From: Okamejei kenojei
Lineage: Eukaryota
Direction of reading: 5' to 3'
Length of the DNA stretch: 64,000 nt
NCBI GenBank assembly: GCA_035221665.1
Contig: CM069148.1
Span: 45,880,001-45,944,000 of the forward strand
Positions 1 through 15,700 of this stretch are shown here, piece by piece. The translations under genes were made by a program, and so were the position numbers. Below the pieces are notes generated by a model. That model was not told the origin of the DNA. It saw nothing but the letters and a program-made list of their open reading frames with translations, and did not search any database. How positions within the stretch are numbered: position 1 is the stretch's first letter; every line of letters begins with the position of its first letter.

Positions 1-537
1 CATTTTCTGGTAACCTGAAGGTAGGAGATTATTGCATGATGCTGTTTAAATATGGTGTAAAAAGTATGCTCCTAGGGCATAGTTCTCAAAAAGCAGTGTT
101 AACACGTCCAATTGCTAATTAGACTCCTTCAAATGCCACCAAATCACCACAGCTCTGCAACCAGCTCATGCAGTTATTCTGAGGCAAATACATTTCCCTC
201 AAAGCATCTGGGAAAAAACACTGCAAAAAAATATGATGGAACCCAACAAAAATCAAGCAGCAGGTTGCTCCATTTAATCTCAGTGAATGGCCAAGAACAA
301 CCATGTTGTCCCATTACTTAGCAAGCAGATGAGTAGCTCTGTAACCCTGACAGGAACGTAGAAATGAAGTTTCATATTTTTTGGCTTAGTAGATCCTTTA
401 GAATTGATTAAGATATCGATAAAACTATATTACACTGTTTAAAGAAGGTAGAAACTGTTTCAAACATTTATAGCTCATAACATATTTCTATTGGAAACAA
501 ATCAATTTCTCAGTTTCTGGCACCATTCAGGAAATCT

Positions 538-772
538 CTATCCTTCGTTCTTGATCAGTGTTTTTTGGGCTGTGGCACGAGCTGGGGGTTTCGCCAGTTG
601 TTTTATGAGTGGCTCACATTTTGTGGGCGTACATCCACACTTGGTGACGTAAGTGTAGGTGAACGTAGTTGTCGTACTGCCTGGACAAAGTAAGGTGATG
701 TTTTTCTTGCTGGTTTCCAACTCCTGACAGCAGCTACAGTTATGTGAAATCATATTTGCTTCTGAAGAATAC
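538..772 (-). CDS. Mucin terminal exon, C-terminal half of cystine knot
   Basis: cag acceptor at 773-775; YSSEANMISHNCSCCQELETSKKNITLLCPGS...VTKCGCTPTKC...NEG*. Confidence 0.93.
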
Positions 773-3700
773 CTGTTGTAGAATAAAAGAGGGAAGAATA
801 CTCAGAATACAGATTCTGGATAAACAAGGGCACAGTTCTCTAAAAACAACATGTTCACACATTCAAAACATGTGGAATTACTGGTAACACTCCTTCACAT
901 GCCACCACTCAGTCAATTACTCATTGAGGGATGCAAGGTGCTGGAGGTCAGACAGCAACTGGAGAGCATGGATAAGTGGCGTTTCGGGTCTGATTGTAGA
1001 GGAGGGAATGGAAGCTGAATGAGAGGAAGGGCAGGACAAGGCCTGGCAGATAATGGGATGAAACAGGTTAGGGGAAATTTTGATACTTGGATGGTGGGCG
1101 AAGGTCTGAGATGAAAAAACTAAAGGTATAAGTTTAGGTAAGTGTAAAGGTTGAAGAGTGGCAATTTGTGGAGCGAGGGGAAGGATGTAGGTGGAAGAGC
1201 AGAAATAGGCAGGGCCGGCCTTAAGCCAATTGGACCAATTGCTCCCAATTGGACCCCGCGCCTAAGGGGGCCCCGCACTAGAGTAATCTACTCTCAGCTC
1301 GATTAGATCTGTTTGGTCCATTAACTCGCATGCACTTTTTAAGCACACATTTTGATTACTTTCCCTTTTATCATAGAGATACAAAGTCTACAGTAGACTG
1401 TATTTATATTTCTATGATTCTACAGACCATGGCTGGGAACCTGGGGCTCACTAAATTGTTCTCAATTGGGCCCCGCACCTCCTAAGGCTGGCCCTGGAAA
1501 TAGGTGGTTACTGTTGCCCCTCTCGACTCCTAGCCACCCTCTTCACCCCACTCTCTCCCCCTACTGTGCCCCGCCTGGGTTTGCACCTATTTCTCCCCTT
1601 AAACACCTAAACATCTTTACAATAATAGTGAGCAGCTTTTTACAACTGAGGTGCATAGGAATATTTACAGGCAGAAGGTGAGGATTCTCTGGGACTCTCA
1701 CGCCTGGATGACTGTAGAGGCCGGATCAATGGAAGGAGTTAATGTGGAGGCAGATAATTTATAGAAACATTTGGGAATTGAGTTTGATGTGGAACTGGCG
1801 CAGAAGGGGAGTTGAGGCTGAGGGGAGATGAGCCATGATCACATTAAATGGTGTGACAGGTTTGAGGCGGTTTTCAAGCTTGCACAATGGGAGGTTGAAT
1901 GTAAAGGGAAAATGTATAAGTAATGGAAGACATTAAAACAACATTGATGTACAGAGGGATCTTGGGGTCCAAGTTCGTATCTCCTGGAAAGTGGCAAAAC
2001 AAATAGATAGCATAGTAAATAGTAATTAGTTGGGGGATTGAATATAAGAGTCTGGAAGCCATGCTACAGCTTTTTAGGACATTGGTTAGGCTGAATTTGT
2101 AGTATTGTGTGCCGTTCTGGTTGCCCGTTTACAGGGAGGACATGGAAGCTTTGGAGAGGGTGCAGAGGAGGTTTATCAGATTAATGCCTGCATTAGGGGT
2201 ATTAGCTATGAAAAAAGGTTGGACAGACGTGGATTGTTTTCACTGGAATGCCGGAAGTTCAGAGAAAACCTGATAGAAATGTATAAAATTATGAGGCGTA
2301 GATAGGGTAGGCAGTGAGAACCTTTTTTCCAAGATGGAAAGGGCATAGCTTTAAGGAGTGAGGGATAAAGTTTAAAGGAGAGGTACAAGGCAATTTATTT
2401 TTACAAAGTGGACGGTGAGCTGCCGGAGGTGGTAGTGGAGGAGGATAAGATCATGGGATTTTTGGATAGGCTGGGAAATAGGGGATATGGATTTTGTTCC
2501 TGTGTTGTACCGTTCTATATTCTATGAATTTAGTGCTGATACGTACACTGAAGAGGTCATACAGCGCCCTCCACAGGAGGTCATCGGCACTTCGTGTTGT
2601 GATCGGCATCCCTTGTGGTTGATGTGGGTCACGATCTTTTTAATACTGCATGTCTTTGGAATACCTGCAAATGCAATCAGAATTAAGGATCAACAAACGT
2701 GACTTAAGATTCACAAATAACTTCAACCTATGATGGAGCATGAGGGCTAAGGGAAGAATTTTAAGATCAGAATATCACCTGATTTTACATTGGTCAGATG
2801 TATTATTTTGCAGAGATTTTCTTTTTTTGTGGGGAGGCACAGGTGAAAAAAACTTTTTCCCTTCCATCCCTTTCTATAGTCACCTACATTGAACTCCAGA
2901 TATTCAGGAGCAGCGTAACTCCGCAGAAAGAAAAAGTTATATTGTTGCACCAGCCAAGCAGTGATGAGTTTTGTGATAAACATCTTAATGAAAATAATAA
3001 AGAACGGTATATTTGCCACAGCTGGTTGAGCTGCTGCCTCACAGCACCAGAGACCTGGGCTCAATCACGGCTGCTGTCTGTGTGGCGTATGCACGTTCTC
3101 TCTATGATCAATGTGCGCGCAAGGGTCACCCTCACCATAATCCGCTCTGTCTAATTCAAGAGCAGGGACTTATTCTGCAATTGTGTCAGTCTGCTACTTA
3201 CATGTCTGACAACAGCCATCCTTGTCCAAGTGTATTGTTCCCTGTCAAAGAGAATAAATGTAAGATGAAGATAATTGAAAGTTCAATGCAATATTATAGA
3301 ACAAATATTAATTCATGATCGGTCGAACTTACAGGTTCGCAGTTATCATGATCGAAACGAGGGCACCATTGGTTGTAGATGTTTGGAATAAAGTGCCTCC
3401 CTATTTTCTCACATTCGTATGTTGTACAGTTGTTTTTCCCCTCTGATGTTTTTTCTCCAGGCTGTGGAAAAAAGGGAAGATTAAAATAGACTTGTCTATT
3501 TAAATGTTCAAATCCGTGAAAATAATCAGACCGTTGATTCTTACATCTTATTAACTGTCCTGTTGCATTTCTCCCCGGTAATTTGGTTTACAGTGATGCT
3601 ACCATTAGTTCCCTTAACTTCTTTGCCTTACAAATGGTGGGTTTGCACAGTTTTCCTTTCACATTTGACTGAAGCATGCCCCCAATTAAGCTGCTCTGCA

Positions 3701-6700
3701 TCCAGTCCTCTGCCAATTGGATTGAAATCTCTCCCACAGCATCAGCAAAGATATTGGATGCATTCAGGTTTCAGGTACAACACACCCTGATGTACAGGTC
3801 CCACCTTCACTGGAGATGGTCAGAATGACCCAAAACTCTGCCTCCATCCTACACCATCCTGTCAGCCGTGTTTTTATTTGACCTGTCTTCCTGTTCCTAC
3901 ACTCGGGAGTGCATCATACTCTTTATTCACTGTACAACATTAGCCCTATCTTTAATCTCTGCCTGACTCCCTAAATTCACATTCCAGAACCTTGTTTGTT
4001 TATCTACCCATGTTATCTATCAAAGTGTTCAATGACTACTGATGTTCACTTTCCCCCTTTCAGATGTCCCTCATCTGACTCATCCATCAGTCTGGCCACG
4101 GGGAGGCAATTTATCATTTGAGTCCTATTTGTAGCTCCAGAAACACCATCTCCATCCTTATAGTTGAGTCTCTGAACTGTTAACTCACTGGGGTGCCATT
4201 CCTATGTTTCTTATAAGATGCCTGACCCAAATTGTCACCTATCCATGCTGTCCAGGGATGCTGACTGACCCACTGAGTTACTCAAGCACTTTTTGTCTTT
4301 TGTTATCAACCAGCATTTTCTTGTTTCTCCATTTTCCTTATAAACTCACTGGGATCCCATTCTTAGGCTCTTTATGAACTGACTTTATGAACCTTCCAAC
4401 ACTACTTAGAAAATTCCCAGGCTTTTTATAAACTCCATGGTTTTGTTTCCTGTATGCTCTTTAAATTCTCCTGGCACATTGCAAAATGTGTGATATTACT
4501 GTGTTCCAAGTAGGAAAAAGTGAATGAAACATTTCTTGGGGTACTAACAGATATGAACATCCAAGACTCTGGAGAATTTGTTTATTGAGCACCGACAAAC
4601 TCTCTGTGCTGGTTTATCAGAGCTTCACTGTGCACCATATAAATGTTGCACTCTCAAAGAAGTTCAATAACATTTTCAAACACCATTTTCTTTTCATAAA
4701 ACCACAGGCACAGCAGTAGAGTTACTGCCTCACAGCGCCAGAGATCCGGGTTCGATCTTGGCTGTGGGTGCTGTTTGTATGGAATTTGTATGTTCTGGTG
4801 AGAGCTGCGTGTGTTTTGGCTGGGTGCTCCGGTTTCCTCCCACACTCCAAAGATGTACATGTTTGTAGGTTAATTGACTTCAGTAAAATTGTACGTTGTC
4901 CCTAGTGTGTGTTGGATAGTATTAGCCTGCTGGTGGATAGGCCGGAGGTCTGTTTCCCCTCTATCTCTAAAGTCTAAAGTAAAGTCTAAAGTCACGGTTA
5001 CACTGCTTGATTGTCTTGCGATTTTCTCAACGTCTGGCTACTGTTTTTCTGCGGAGAGGTTCCAGCATTGTGCCAATGACAGTAGACAGGTTCTCTGGCT
5101 TCGCTATCTTCTTTGGCTACAGGTGTAACATTGGCTGTTCTTCAGCTTACCAGAATACAGAGGATTTATTTATGTTTAAGGGACATCTTTCAACCTAAGT
5201 TTCCAACTTAGAAACTGTGTGAGAAATTCTACCATTTTAGCAGCTGATGCTGGGTACTCCTTTGCTGTGCACTCAATAATTCTATCTCATTTATAAATCA
5301 CCAGATCTACAATTCAATTCAATTGTCTCCAATGAACTCTGTGAATATCCCCATGGCCAGCTTTGGTTTCTCCAATCTATGTGAAGTTTAAAGACATTCG
5401 TGATTATTTTTGTTTTGTTTCATTTAGTTTAGAATTGCAGTCCAGAAACAGGCAAATTGGCCCACCGAGTCCGTGTCGACCAGCGATCCCCATACACTAA
5501 CACTATCCTACACACACTAGGGACAATTTACAATTTACTAAGCCAATTGACCTACAAATTCTAGATCTTTGGGATGTGGGAGGAAACTGGAGCACCCAGA
5601 GAAAACCCACGCAGGTCATGCGGAGAATGTACATAGTCCATACTCTGTCCTTCAGTTGAGCTGCTGAGATTACTTCCTTTTCTTCATCTAAACTAATTCT
5701 ACATCTTGGTCTTCTGAATTAAGATCCTTTCTTGCAACCGTATCTTCCCTTCACACTTGTTAACAATGAAAATATTTATGATGCATAGGAAGGAACTGCA
5801 GATGCTTGTTTAAACCGAAGATGGACACAAAAAGCTGTAGTAACTCGGCAGGGCAGGCAGCATCTCTGGAGAGAAGGAATGGGTGACATTTCGGGTCGAG
5901 ACCCTTCTTCAGGCATAGTCACAGGAGAAGAAAACGAGAGATATCGACGATGATGTAGAGAGATAGAGAACAATGAATGAAAGATATGCAAAAAAGTAAC
6001 GATTATAAAGGAAACAGGTGATTGTTAGCTGTTTGCTTGGTGAGAATGAGAAGCTGGTGTGACGTGGGTGGGGGGAGAGAGAGAGAGAGAGGGAATGTAG
6101 GGGTTACTTGAAGTTAGAAAAATCAATATTGATACTATTGGGTTGTTAGCTGCCCGAGCAAAATATTTATGATAACTGGTCTCCAAGAAGTAAAATGCAT
6201 ACCTTAAGGATTATTGGTGGCCTGTTTGGCAGGTCAATTATACATGAAACCTGGGTACAATTTCCACAACATTGTCCTTCCAGCTTCTTATATTCATAGC
6301 CCTGTGGGGAAGATATCAATAATTAGTCCCATTTCATTGACTAGAATTGGAATAATGAGTGATTAGAGGGATAGATGGTTACCTGTGAACACTGAGTATC
6401 ACACTTAATGGGCGTGCATGCAATGGCATGGAGCCTGGTTAATGGATCCACATCTTCAGTACATTTGCAATCCTTGCATGTGTTCTGTGGCACTGTCATT
6501 CCCGGCTGAAACACAAGTAAAGTTTGAGTTGACATGTGGTTTAAATTTGTGCTGGGTTTTTAATACAATAGAATGAAACAGTTGGATTTCATGCAGTGAA
6601 GAAGATAAAACTCTGGAGGTTTATTTTTCTTGCAGCAAATTCCCAGAATCATGTACCCAAACATGGTGCAGGATTTTGCCATTTCCCCTTCTCTGAAATT

Positions 6701-9700
6701 CAAAGTAATCGTGGCTAATTAATATGGAGCCTCAACACATTCCATTCTATCCACTTCCTTTCTTATTGAGAATCTTATGTTACCATGACACTATCTACCT
6801 CTACCTTAAAAATAATCAGGCTGGTTCCACCTACCTTTGAGGAAGAGAATTTGGTGAGTGACTCCACATTGTTAAACATAAATCCTCAGTTCCCTCTTCA
6901 GAAGAAACATCTCCTCCCCACATCCACCCTCTCAAGAACACCCAGGCTCTGATCTGTTCCAGCCAAGCTCCCTCTCACTTCAAAACCGAACAGATACTAG
7001 CCCAACCTCCATCCTTTCATCATACAGCAACCCATTCATTTCAGATATTAACCTCTGATTGTTTCCAGTGCAGTGTCATCTTTTATATTAGGAGACTGAT
7101 GATGTGCATCCTGTCTTGATGTGACCTCACTAAAGCCCAGAGGGACTGAACTACATTTTCCCTGGCTATAAAGGACATTATAATATTAACTTCTCTCAAT
7201 ACTTGGCATAATACTAGCACAAATGGATCGTTTTACAGTTCAGAACTCTGCAATATTTCTCTATTTAAATAATATGTTTAGTCTAGTTCAGTTTAGGGAT
7301 GCAGCATGGAAACAGGCCCTTCAGCCCATTGAGCCTGTGCTGACCCACAATCCCCATACATCGTGATATATCCTACACATATTAAGGACAACATAATTTT
7401 ACCAAAGCCAATTAGCCTACAAACCCGTGCATCTTTGGAGTGTGGAGGAAACCAGAGCACCCGGAGAAAACTCACAAGGACACGGGGAGAATGGACAAAA
7501 TCTGTACATACAGCACCAGTAGTCAGGATTAAACCTGTGTCATTGGCACTGTAAGAGGCAGTATCTTTACTGTTGCTCCCACTGGACCTATCGATATCCC
7601 TTTGTAGCCTTCCTATATGCTCATAACTGACATTCCTGCCAATTAAATTCCAGCTATGATTTGATTTTTTTGCTTTGAAAACTAACATTGTATTGGCACG
7701 TGCTCTGCTCCAAATTCACCTCTTACTACATTTTTATGTTTTTCTACCATTTGCTCGTCCGAGTGCAAGCAACGTTTTGTCTACTGTGATTCTTGAATGA
7801 GAAAACAGGACAGAAACATGAAAAACTGTACACAGAGCAAATCAAAATATGTTGAGCACCCAAATCGCCGAGGAAGACAGGACCCTGGGCCCATTGGTCT
7901 GTGTGGATGAGTTAGGCCAAATGTCATGTTTCTATGCCATAAAACTGTAATTAGTAACTCAGCATATGTCAGTAGACCTTACCTTGTATTCAGTGTCATT
8001 GAACACACAGACTGATTTTGGGTCTGAAAATGAAATAATATGCCATTAAGTTAAAAGTTCACATACTTTATACTGCAGGCATGCTCTTTAAATTATCACG
8101 ATAGTGACCATAAACTACTGTATCACTGATCAACATACTGTAAAAGCAACACTTACCACAAGTGTAAGTTAGGCAGCATTTATTATCTTTCATGTGGAGC
8201 ACTGGTGTGTATCCAGGTTTGCAGTCAAATTTCACAGTTGGACAGTGACTTATGTTACATTCTGAATAGGCAAAAAATGAAGTTAGTTAAGTAAAAGCTC
8301 TTTACTTATGACCATGGGTGATATTCATTAGAGAGTTTCATTTTAGGTTAAACAAAATGTTTCCACTAGTATTTCAATAAATCAAGGCCTGATCAGACCA
8401 ATTTCCCAATTTGCCACAAGTTTTGAGTTCCAACTAGACTGATTAACACCTGCCCATCCTCTTCAAAATTAATCCAGTGGTGAGCCTATCATTTCTGGTG
8501 GATCGTGATCAACCTCAGTTTACAACTGACAACCGCTGTTCACTCTTTGCAAACCCCCAGATCGGAAAAGGATTCCTTTGCTCCTCACCTTTCACACTAT
8601 CAGCGTCCGTAACAAACACACCATACCCTGACATTTCCATCACCTCCAATGTGATCCCACCATCACATATTTTCCCATCTTCTCTTTCCGCCTTCTGCAG
8701 AGGCCATTCTCTCCGCAACTCCTTGGTTCACTCATCCCTTCCCACGCAAATCACCGCCTCCCAGGTACTTTCCCCTGCAACCGCAGGAGATGCACCACCT
8801 GTCCCTATCTCCTCCCTCGCCTCCATCCAGGGACCCCAACAGTCCTTCCAGATGAGACAGAGGTTTACATGCACCTCTTCTAACCTCATCTACTGCATCC
8901 AATATACCAATATGGTCTCCTGTATATTGGCGAGACCAAGCTTGGATGAAGACTTGTCTTCAGTCCGCTAAGTCCTACTGGATCACCCGCTTGCTAACCA
9001 TTTAAATTCCACTTCCCAGTCCCATACTGACCTTTCTGTCCTGGGCCTCCTCCATTGCCAGAGTGAGGCCACCAACAAACTGGAGGAACAGCATATCATA
9101 TTCCGCTTGGGTAGCTTATAACCCAATAATATCAACACTGAATTATCTAATTTTAGATAACCTCTAAGAGCCTTCTTAATAAAAGAATGGTCCGGATCTG
9201 AAAAATTGTCTGTCCATTTCCCTTCACAGATGATGCCTGACACACTGAATTCCTCAGCCCTTTCTATCCTCTCTGAGAACACTGAATTTTTTAAAATTTC
9301 ACATCGGGGTACTTACATCTAGTAATTAAAATTGATCCTATGTGCTCTTCATGGAGTATTTTAAATGATTAATCTCCCAAGTTGTCATTTACCAGTAGAA
9401 CGTAATCTTCGCTAACTTAAGAATCATACAGCACAGAAACAAACCCTTTGGTCTATACTAACCTATCCCATTTAACATCTAGATTTGCTTAGAAATTAAT
9501 ATTTCTATAATCATTACATAAGTAAACACGATTCTCTCTTGGCAAAACTCATAATGCATATGATTTTGCTTTTAAATAATAGAAAATTGCATGCTGGATC
9601 TGTACAATGGAATATTCATACACCCTGACTTGGAAGATTAATAATCAAAATGTTGCAAAAGATGGAGAGAGAAATAGAATTGTTTTCAGGTCTATGATCC

Positions 9701-12700
9701 TTCCATAGAACTGGAAAGGACATTTCCAGTTCTGATCAAGGGGCAGTGAGGTGAAATGTTCACTGTACACCTTTGTCCACAGGCGCTGCCTGATCCGCTG
9801 TGTATTTCAAGCATTTTCTGTTTTTGTAAACGGAGAAAGTGTCCACTTACTGCACGTGGTTTCTGTACAACATAAGTCGTCTTGGTTCCTTTCAACAACT
9901 GGTACAAAGCCTTGTTCTTTACACACCACTGGAGGTGATACGGGGCATTTGTGGGGTTTGCAGATGATACTCAATGTTGCCTTGCTGCAAGAACAATCCT
10001 GACAATTGCTTTGCCATGTTTCACCGACCTGTCACAAACACAAGAACAGCAGGATGTTTTATAAATGCGGAAGCAGAAATTAATATCATTCTCAATGATA
10101 GATATTGGCTGCTCGCTTGATAAACCTACCTGCTTTGGTTTTCCATCAGGTCCAATACAATCTACAATGGACATAAAGAAAAGTCATAACTAAGGTGCTT
10201 ACTGACTGAATTTGAACCAAAATACTAAATGCTTCTTAATCAACAAAGAAACATAACATATAAAATACAAAGAAAGAAATCCGATGGATAAAATAAGTGA
10301 TTCCTGGTCAGAGGAGCCAGCATTGACTCAAGTGACGGTCAGTCAGTCAGTCACAAGCCAATTAACCACAATAATCACTGCAATAAAATGCACTTTTAGG
10401 TGAGTTACTTTCTTGGATTTTCTCTCATGATGTATTCCATCATTCCCAATGTGCGGAACTCTCCCTACAATTCTCACATGACATTATATCCCTTCTCTGC
10501 AGTTGTCAGGGTAGTTCTAGTTAAGATTCAATTGCAGGAACTTGGTAGTGGTGGTACCAGACCTTGTAGCGGTTGTACAGAAATATACTTACTACAGCTA
10601 TCTGTACAGATGTCTCCGGGCTCAAACAGGATCTTCCCATCAGGGCAGAAGCAGCCATCATCAAGCACACCCTTACCACTGGGTGTATTTTTGTCATCCG
10701 ATCTAATCACAAAAGGGAGCATTAATATTGTGCACTGGGTGAAGGGGAGAAGGAAAACGAGAGAATGATTTTTGAATTGTCAGTGAGAATGTTTTGCAAA
10801 ATAAATGCAACAAACCTGGACCCACAAGTTGGCTGCTCCTTTGATGCACATGGTTTATATTCCATATATGCAGGGCAGTGATATGCTGGATTAAAGTAAA
10901 CAAGGGAACGAGAAATTAGGTATCATATCTGAAATTCCATGATTGTCCAACTCTTTTGGTTAATGGTTACCATGCTGGATACTCTTTCTCACATTCCTGA
11001 TACTCTTCACTGTTTTAGGTCAGGATTCATAGATTCACAGAGTTATAGAGCTGTACAGAACAGAAACAGGCCCTTCGTCTGACCCTATCCATGCCAACCA
11101 AGTTCACTTAGTGGGCTAGTCCCATTTGCCTGAATATAGCCCATATCCCTCTCAGCATTTCATATCCACACATAAATCTTAAATATGTAATTATACTGCT
11201 TCTACAGCTGCCTCAGGCAACTTATTCCAGATACACTACTGAGTGAAAATCAAATAAAGAATTTGTTTGACACTAACTGCCTATTCTGCTCTTCTATGGA
11301 TTGGTTGCACTACGGAATTTGGTATTGCACTTATCTAGTGTTACAGTTATTCATTTATTTTATTGATAATATATTTATTCATATGTTATTGCCTTTATGA
11401 GCCTGTTAAGCCGCAACAAGTAGAATGTCATTGTTCCATTCCCAGTACATATGATAATCAAATATCCTTCACTCTTGATTCAATCAGTTTTGAAAAGAAT
11501 TTGGACAAATATTTGAAAACAGTTAACATATCAAGGCCATGGGGTGAGAAGGGCAATCTAAGCAAAAATGGAGAGTCAGAGCAGTCATGATAATCTGAAG
11601 AAACTCCTGTGCTAAATCATTCAATATTATGAGGAAATGATTAGTTGTCTGTTTCCTACCGCCTTATCTCTTTCCTCTACCACCCCCTACCCCCTCCCAT
11701 TGTGACCCTATTTTACTCTTCTCCCTACATTCATCTCCCACCCCTCCCATCCTCGAGTCTTGCATTTCCCATGTATTCCCTCTCTCCTCTCCCTGTCCCC
11801 TCTACCCACATCCCTTCCACCATCTTTACATTGCACCTCTCCTTTCTGAGAATTGTGACACCCTTTTGTCTCCTTTGCATCTTCAATGTTTGTCACTGTC
11901 GCCACCAACCTACCATACATTCCCCGTCACCTGTATCCACCTATCACTCTGCCACTCCTACCTTTCTTTTACAACTTTCTCCATCAGTCTGAAGAAGGGT
12001 CCTGACCTGAATCATTGTTCATTGTCCTCTACAGATGCTACCTGACCTGTCGAATTCCTCCAGCACTTTGATTCTTGATCAGTTACTTACAACATATTCC
12101 GTCGGTGTGATTCCGCCAATCCACACAGGTATCGCCTTTAGATCTGCACATCTTGGAATACATGTCTATACTGGAACATATTATTGTCTCATTCCTGACA
12201 TGGCATGCGTCATTCACACAGGCTTCATAGAATGGGCCTGGGGGTACCTTGTCATTGCATTTTGAGAAGATACTATGAAAAGAAGAACAATGTTAGAAAT
12301 GCAACATGTTCTGAGTGGAACAGTCTACCTTACGTAGTGATTGCAAGCCATCATTCCTTCATTGCCAGAGATAAGTGACAACCTCCCTCTCTATCCCCCA
12401 CCTCCTCTCATTCTCCTTTCTCTTCTAGCCCTCTCTGAGTGGTGACGATGAGGCCATTCATCTACTTCTGACAATAGTTGAACGAAATGAGGAAAAAATG
12501 TGATGTTGGTCAAACAATCGCGGTAGATGAGCAGGTTAGCTGGTCAGATGATAAATGTCCAGAAATCTATCAATCCCTGAGAACGACTTAGCATCTGAAA
12601 CCTTCAGAGGTAGACAGTTCCATAGGTTCACCACTCAGCGAGTGAAAATACTTCTACTCTTCACAAGTTCAATGGCGAACAAATGTGGCGGGAAAGTATA

Positions 12701-15700
12701 CAGTTAACGGCAGTAGCTTTGGTTTTCGAAGGTGCATTAATGGTTGATATTCCGAAGGTCGGTCACCAGGACCAGAGTCCACAGGAAATTGTTGCAATTG
12801 CATGGAGATTGTCACCAGGTGTGCATTATCCAGGTCAACTAGTTTGTTGGCATTCAAAAGGAAATTTAATGCATACCTTTAAGAATAAAATATTTAAACA
12901 GCATTCTGATTGTTAAAATGACTAAATAGCTGTGCCAACTGGTCACTTAGAAGATAGAAAAGAGAATGATTAACCATGAGTGCCCTCATCCCCAACATTA
13001 CCCAAATGGCTCCTTTACCCTGGGAATAAGACTTACGGGCCAAGGATGATCTTGCAAATATTTGATGCTGCACAAGGGGTAGTTGGCACAGTTGTCGGAC
13101 TGAGTGTGGATTTTGGAGAAGGTGTTGGTGAAGAAAGTATTGGCCCGGGGGTTGTAGTTCCGGCATCGCAATGTGCTTTGTTCTGATCCGTAATTTTCCA
13201 GTGAGACGCGGCTTGAGAGCACGAAGATACCACAGTTCTATCAGGCAGTGTGCAGTCATCTGTCTTGTTGTTGTTGCAGGTACCTGGGGAAGTGGAAATT
13301 GAGAATTGAGGCATTACTTAAAATGTACTTCCAATGTCATCGGATGCTCACAAGCAAAGAAGTCTTCCCAATGCGTTTTCACTTATCTCATTAACCTCCT
13401 CCACACCACCCCTCCACCGATTCATGGGCCCAAACCCCAACGCCTCCCCCCACAGTGTCTGAACTTAAACAATTAGGCCAAACATTCAAATGCATTTCTC
13501 TGAACAATGTATCAATGTAACATCCATTTGATACTCAACACGGATGCCATTCTTTAAAGAATGTCTTGATCTGCTTTACATTGTCCCTTTGGTTAAACCT
13601 CCCGCTGCCCCCACAGAGGAACGTCAAGTACATTCTGAGATACACCTCATTAGATCATCTCTCAGTCACCATATCCTCCCACAAAAATAACTTGTTTGTA
13701 AAGTTGGGATAGCAAAATGAAAAAAACATTAGAAAATATGACCACATGATCATAATTGTCCTTATTTTTTTTATCTCACAAGGCAAAAAAACATATTAAC
13801 AGAACAAATACAGATTTCCAACATCTCCATGTTCTGAAGGTAATGTATTGAAAGCCCTCGTGTTAATCCATGCATGGCGATATCCCAATTTAGATGCCGC
13901 ATTTTTACAATTCTGGAAACTGAAATGAAGAAGTCCAAATGATACATACCACACTGTCCCTCAACGTTTTTCTCAAAGATCTTGTTGGGAAGGTCTATAG
14001 TAAAGCCCAGGCCATCAAATGTAATAGTAATATTAAAGCTATCAATCTCAACCTTTTCCGTGATCCCTGAGGAACTGATCCTGATCCCATCATGGGAATA
14101 AGGTTGTATAATCGCTTCATCATTGACCAGGGCCTGTATAAGAAAAAGCAAGATGCTCCAGTTAGCTACTGTTTTATTTCTGTACTTTATAAACATGAGG
14201 AACATGTTGGCACCTGAGTCAGTCTAGAATCATGGAGCAAGTGGTGACCCCTAGGACCGCGGTTGACGGTTATGGTCTATTGCTGTGTGGAGGTAGGTGG
14301 TGGCTTTCCTGAGCAACACTGCCCAACCCTTCTCAATGAGCAGGGCAGTAGGAATTTTTTTCTGACTTTGGATGTTTCTCTGCCTTGAATCCAATCCTAC
14401 CTTAATTTCTGTTCAAATCCATTTTTGTCCCCCCCCCTTGAAAAACATATAGAACATGCAGCATAGAAACAGGCCCTTTGGCCCATGATGACTATGCAGA
14501 AGTTGATACCAAGTTAAACTGATCTCTTTTGTCTGTACATGTTCCATATTCCTCCATACCCTCTCGGTACATGTGCCTGTCTAAATAGCTCTTAAGTATC
14601 ACTATTAGGCGAGGGCTTCCACCACCTCACCGGTTAGCACATTATAGGCACCCACCATCCTCTTTCTAGTAAATCTCCTTTTAACTTTCCCCACTCACCT
14701 TAAAGCTATGTCCTCTTGTCTTTTACATTTCCACCCTGAGAAAAATTTCTATCTACTCCATCCATAGCTTTCAGAATCTATATTTTACTANNNNNNNNNN
14801 NNNNNNNNNNNNNNNNNNNNNNNNNNNNNNNNNNNNNNNNNNNNNNNNNNNNNNNNNNNNNNNNNNNNNNNNNNNNNNNNNNNNNNNNNNNNNNNNNNNN
14901 NNNNNNNNNNNNNNNNNNNNNNNNNNNNNNNNNNNNNNNNNNNNNNNNNNNNNNNNNNNNNNNCTAAATGGTACACTAGTGCTACAATTGTTGGACCGCC
15001 ATACTCACCATCATCCTGTGGTGTGTTGTATCAAGTTTCGTTCAGATTGATGGTATATTTTACAAGTTATTCACATTTTAAGCTTTAGAAATGTAACTTT
15101 TCACTTGACGTTTCACTGTAAGAAATCCAATTCCACTTGCTGCCCCTGCCCGTTACAAGGTTACAAATGACAAGACACTGGGGGTCCTGTCATTTGTAAT
15201 ATTGTAATGGGCAGGGGCAGCAAATGGAATTGGATTTTTGTTAATGATAAGTGAAGAGGGTGAAGAGGGAGTGGAGGGGGTGCTGGAGGATGAGGGGAAA
15301 TGAGCCGCATTGGGGGTTATTGGTGAGTGGTGGAATATTGCGTTGGTGGAACGGGTTGCGTTGGGGGGACGAGTGAGTGGTGGACTATTGCGTTGGGGGA
15401 ACAGGACCCAATGGATCCCACTTGGTCTAGTTTTATATATTTCTATCAGGGAGCGCCACAGTCTGTGGGACGAGTTGAGTCGGCAACTTGGTATACATAG
15501 CTTTGGCATACTTGGTAGACATTAAGTCAACGGGGAATATAAAGTTGGTCAATAGGTCTGTTTTTGTGCTAAAGAGCTCTATGACTGACATTGGAACCAT
15601 TTTCCTGTGTGCTTCCTTCCTTAGGTTTTTTCTTCTGGACATTCCTTCTATTTGATTGAAGCTTTGGTGAACTCTTTTCGATGGAACATTTGCACACAAT

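Noticed and set aside
273-278. ATTAAA on the minus strand as the mucin polyadenylation signal
   Set aside because: A variant hexamer in AT-rich sequence with no supporting evidence; the 3' UTR may extend beyond the window start.
14788-14976. ORF across the N run
   Set aside because: Artefact of the assembly gap.
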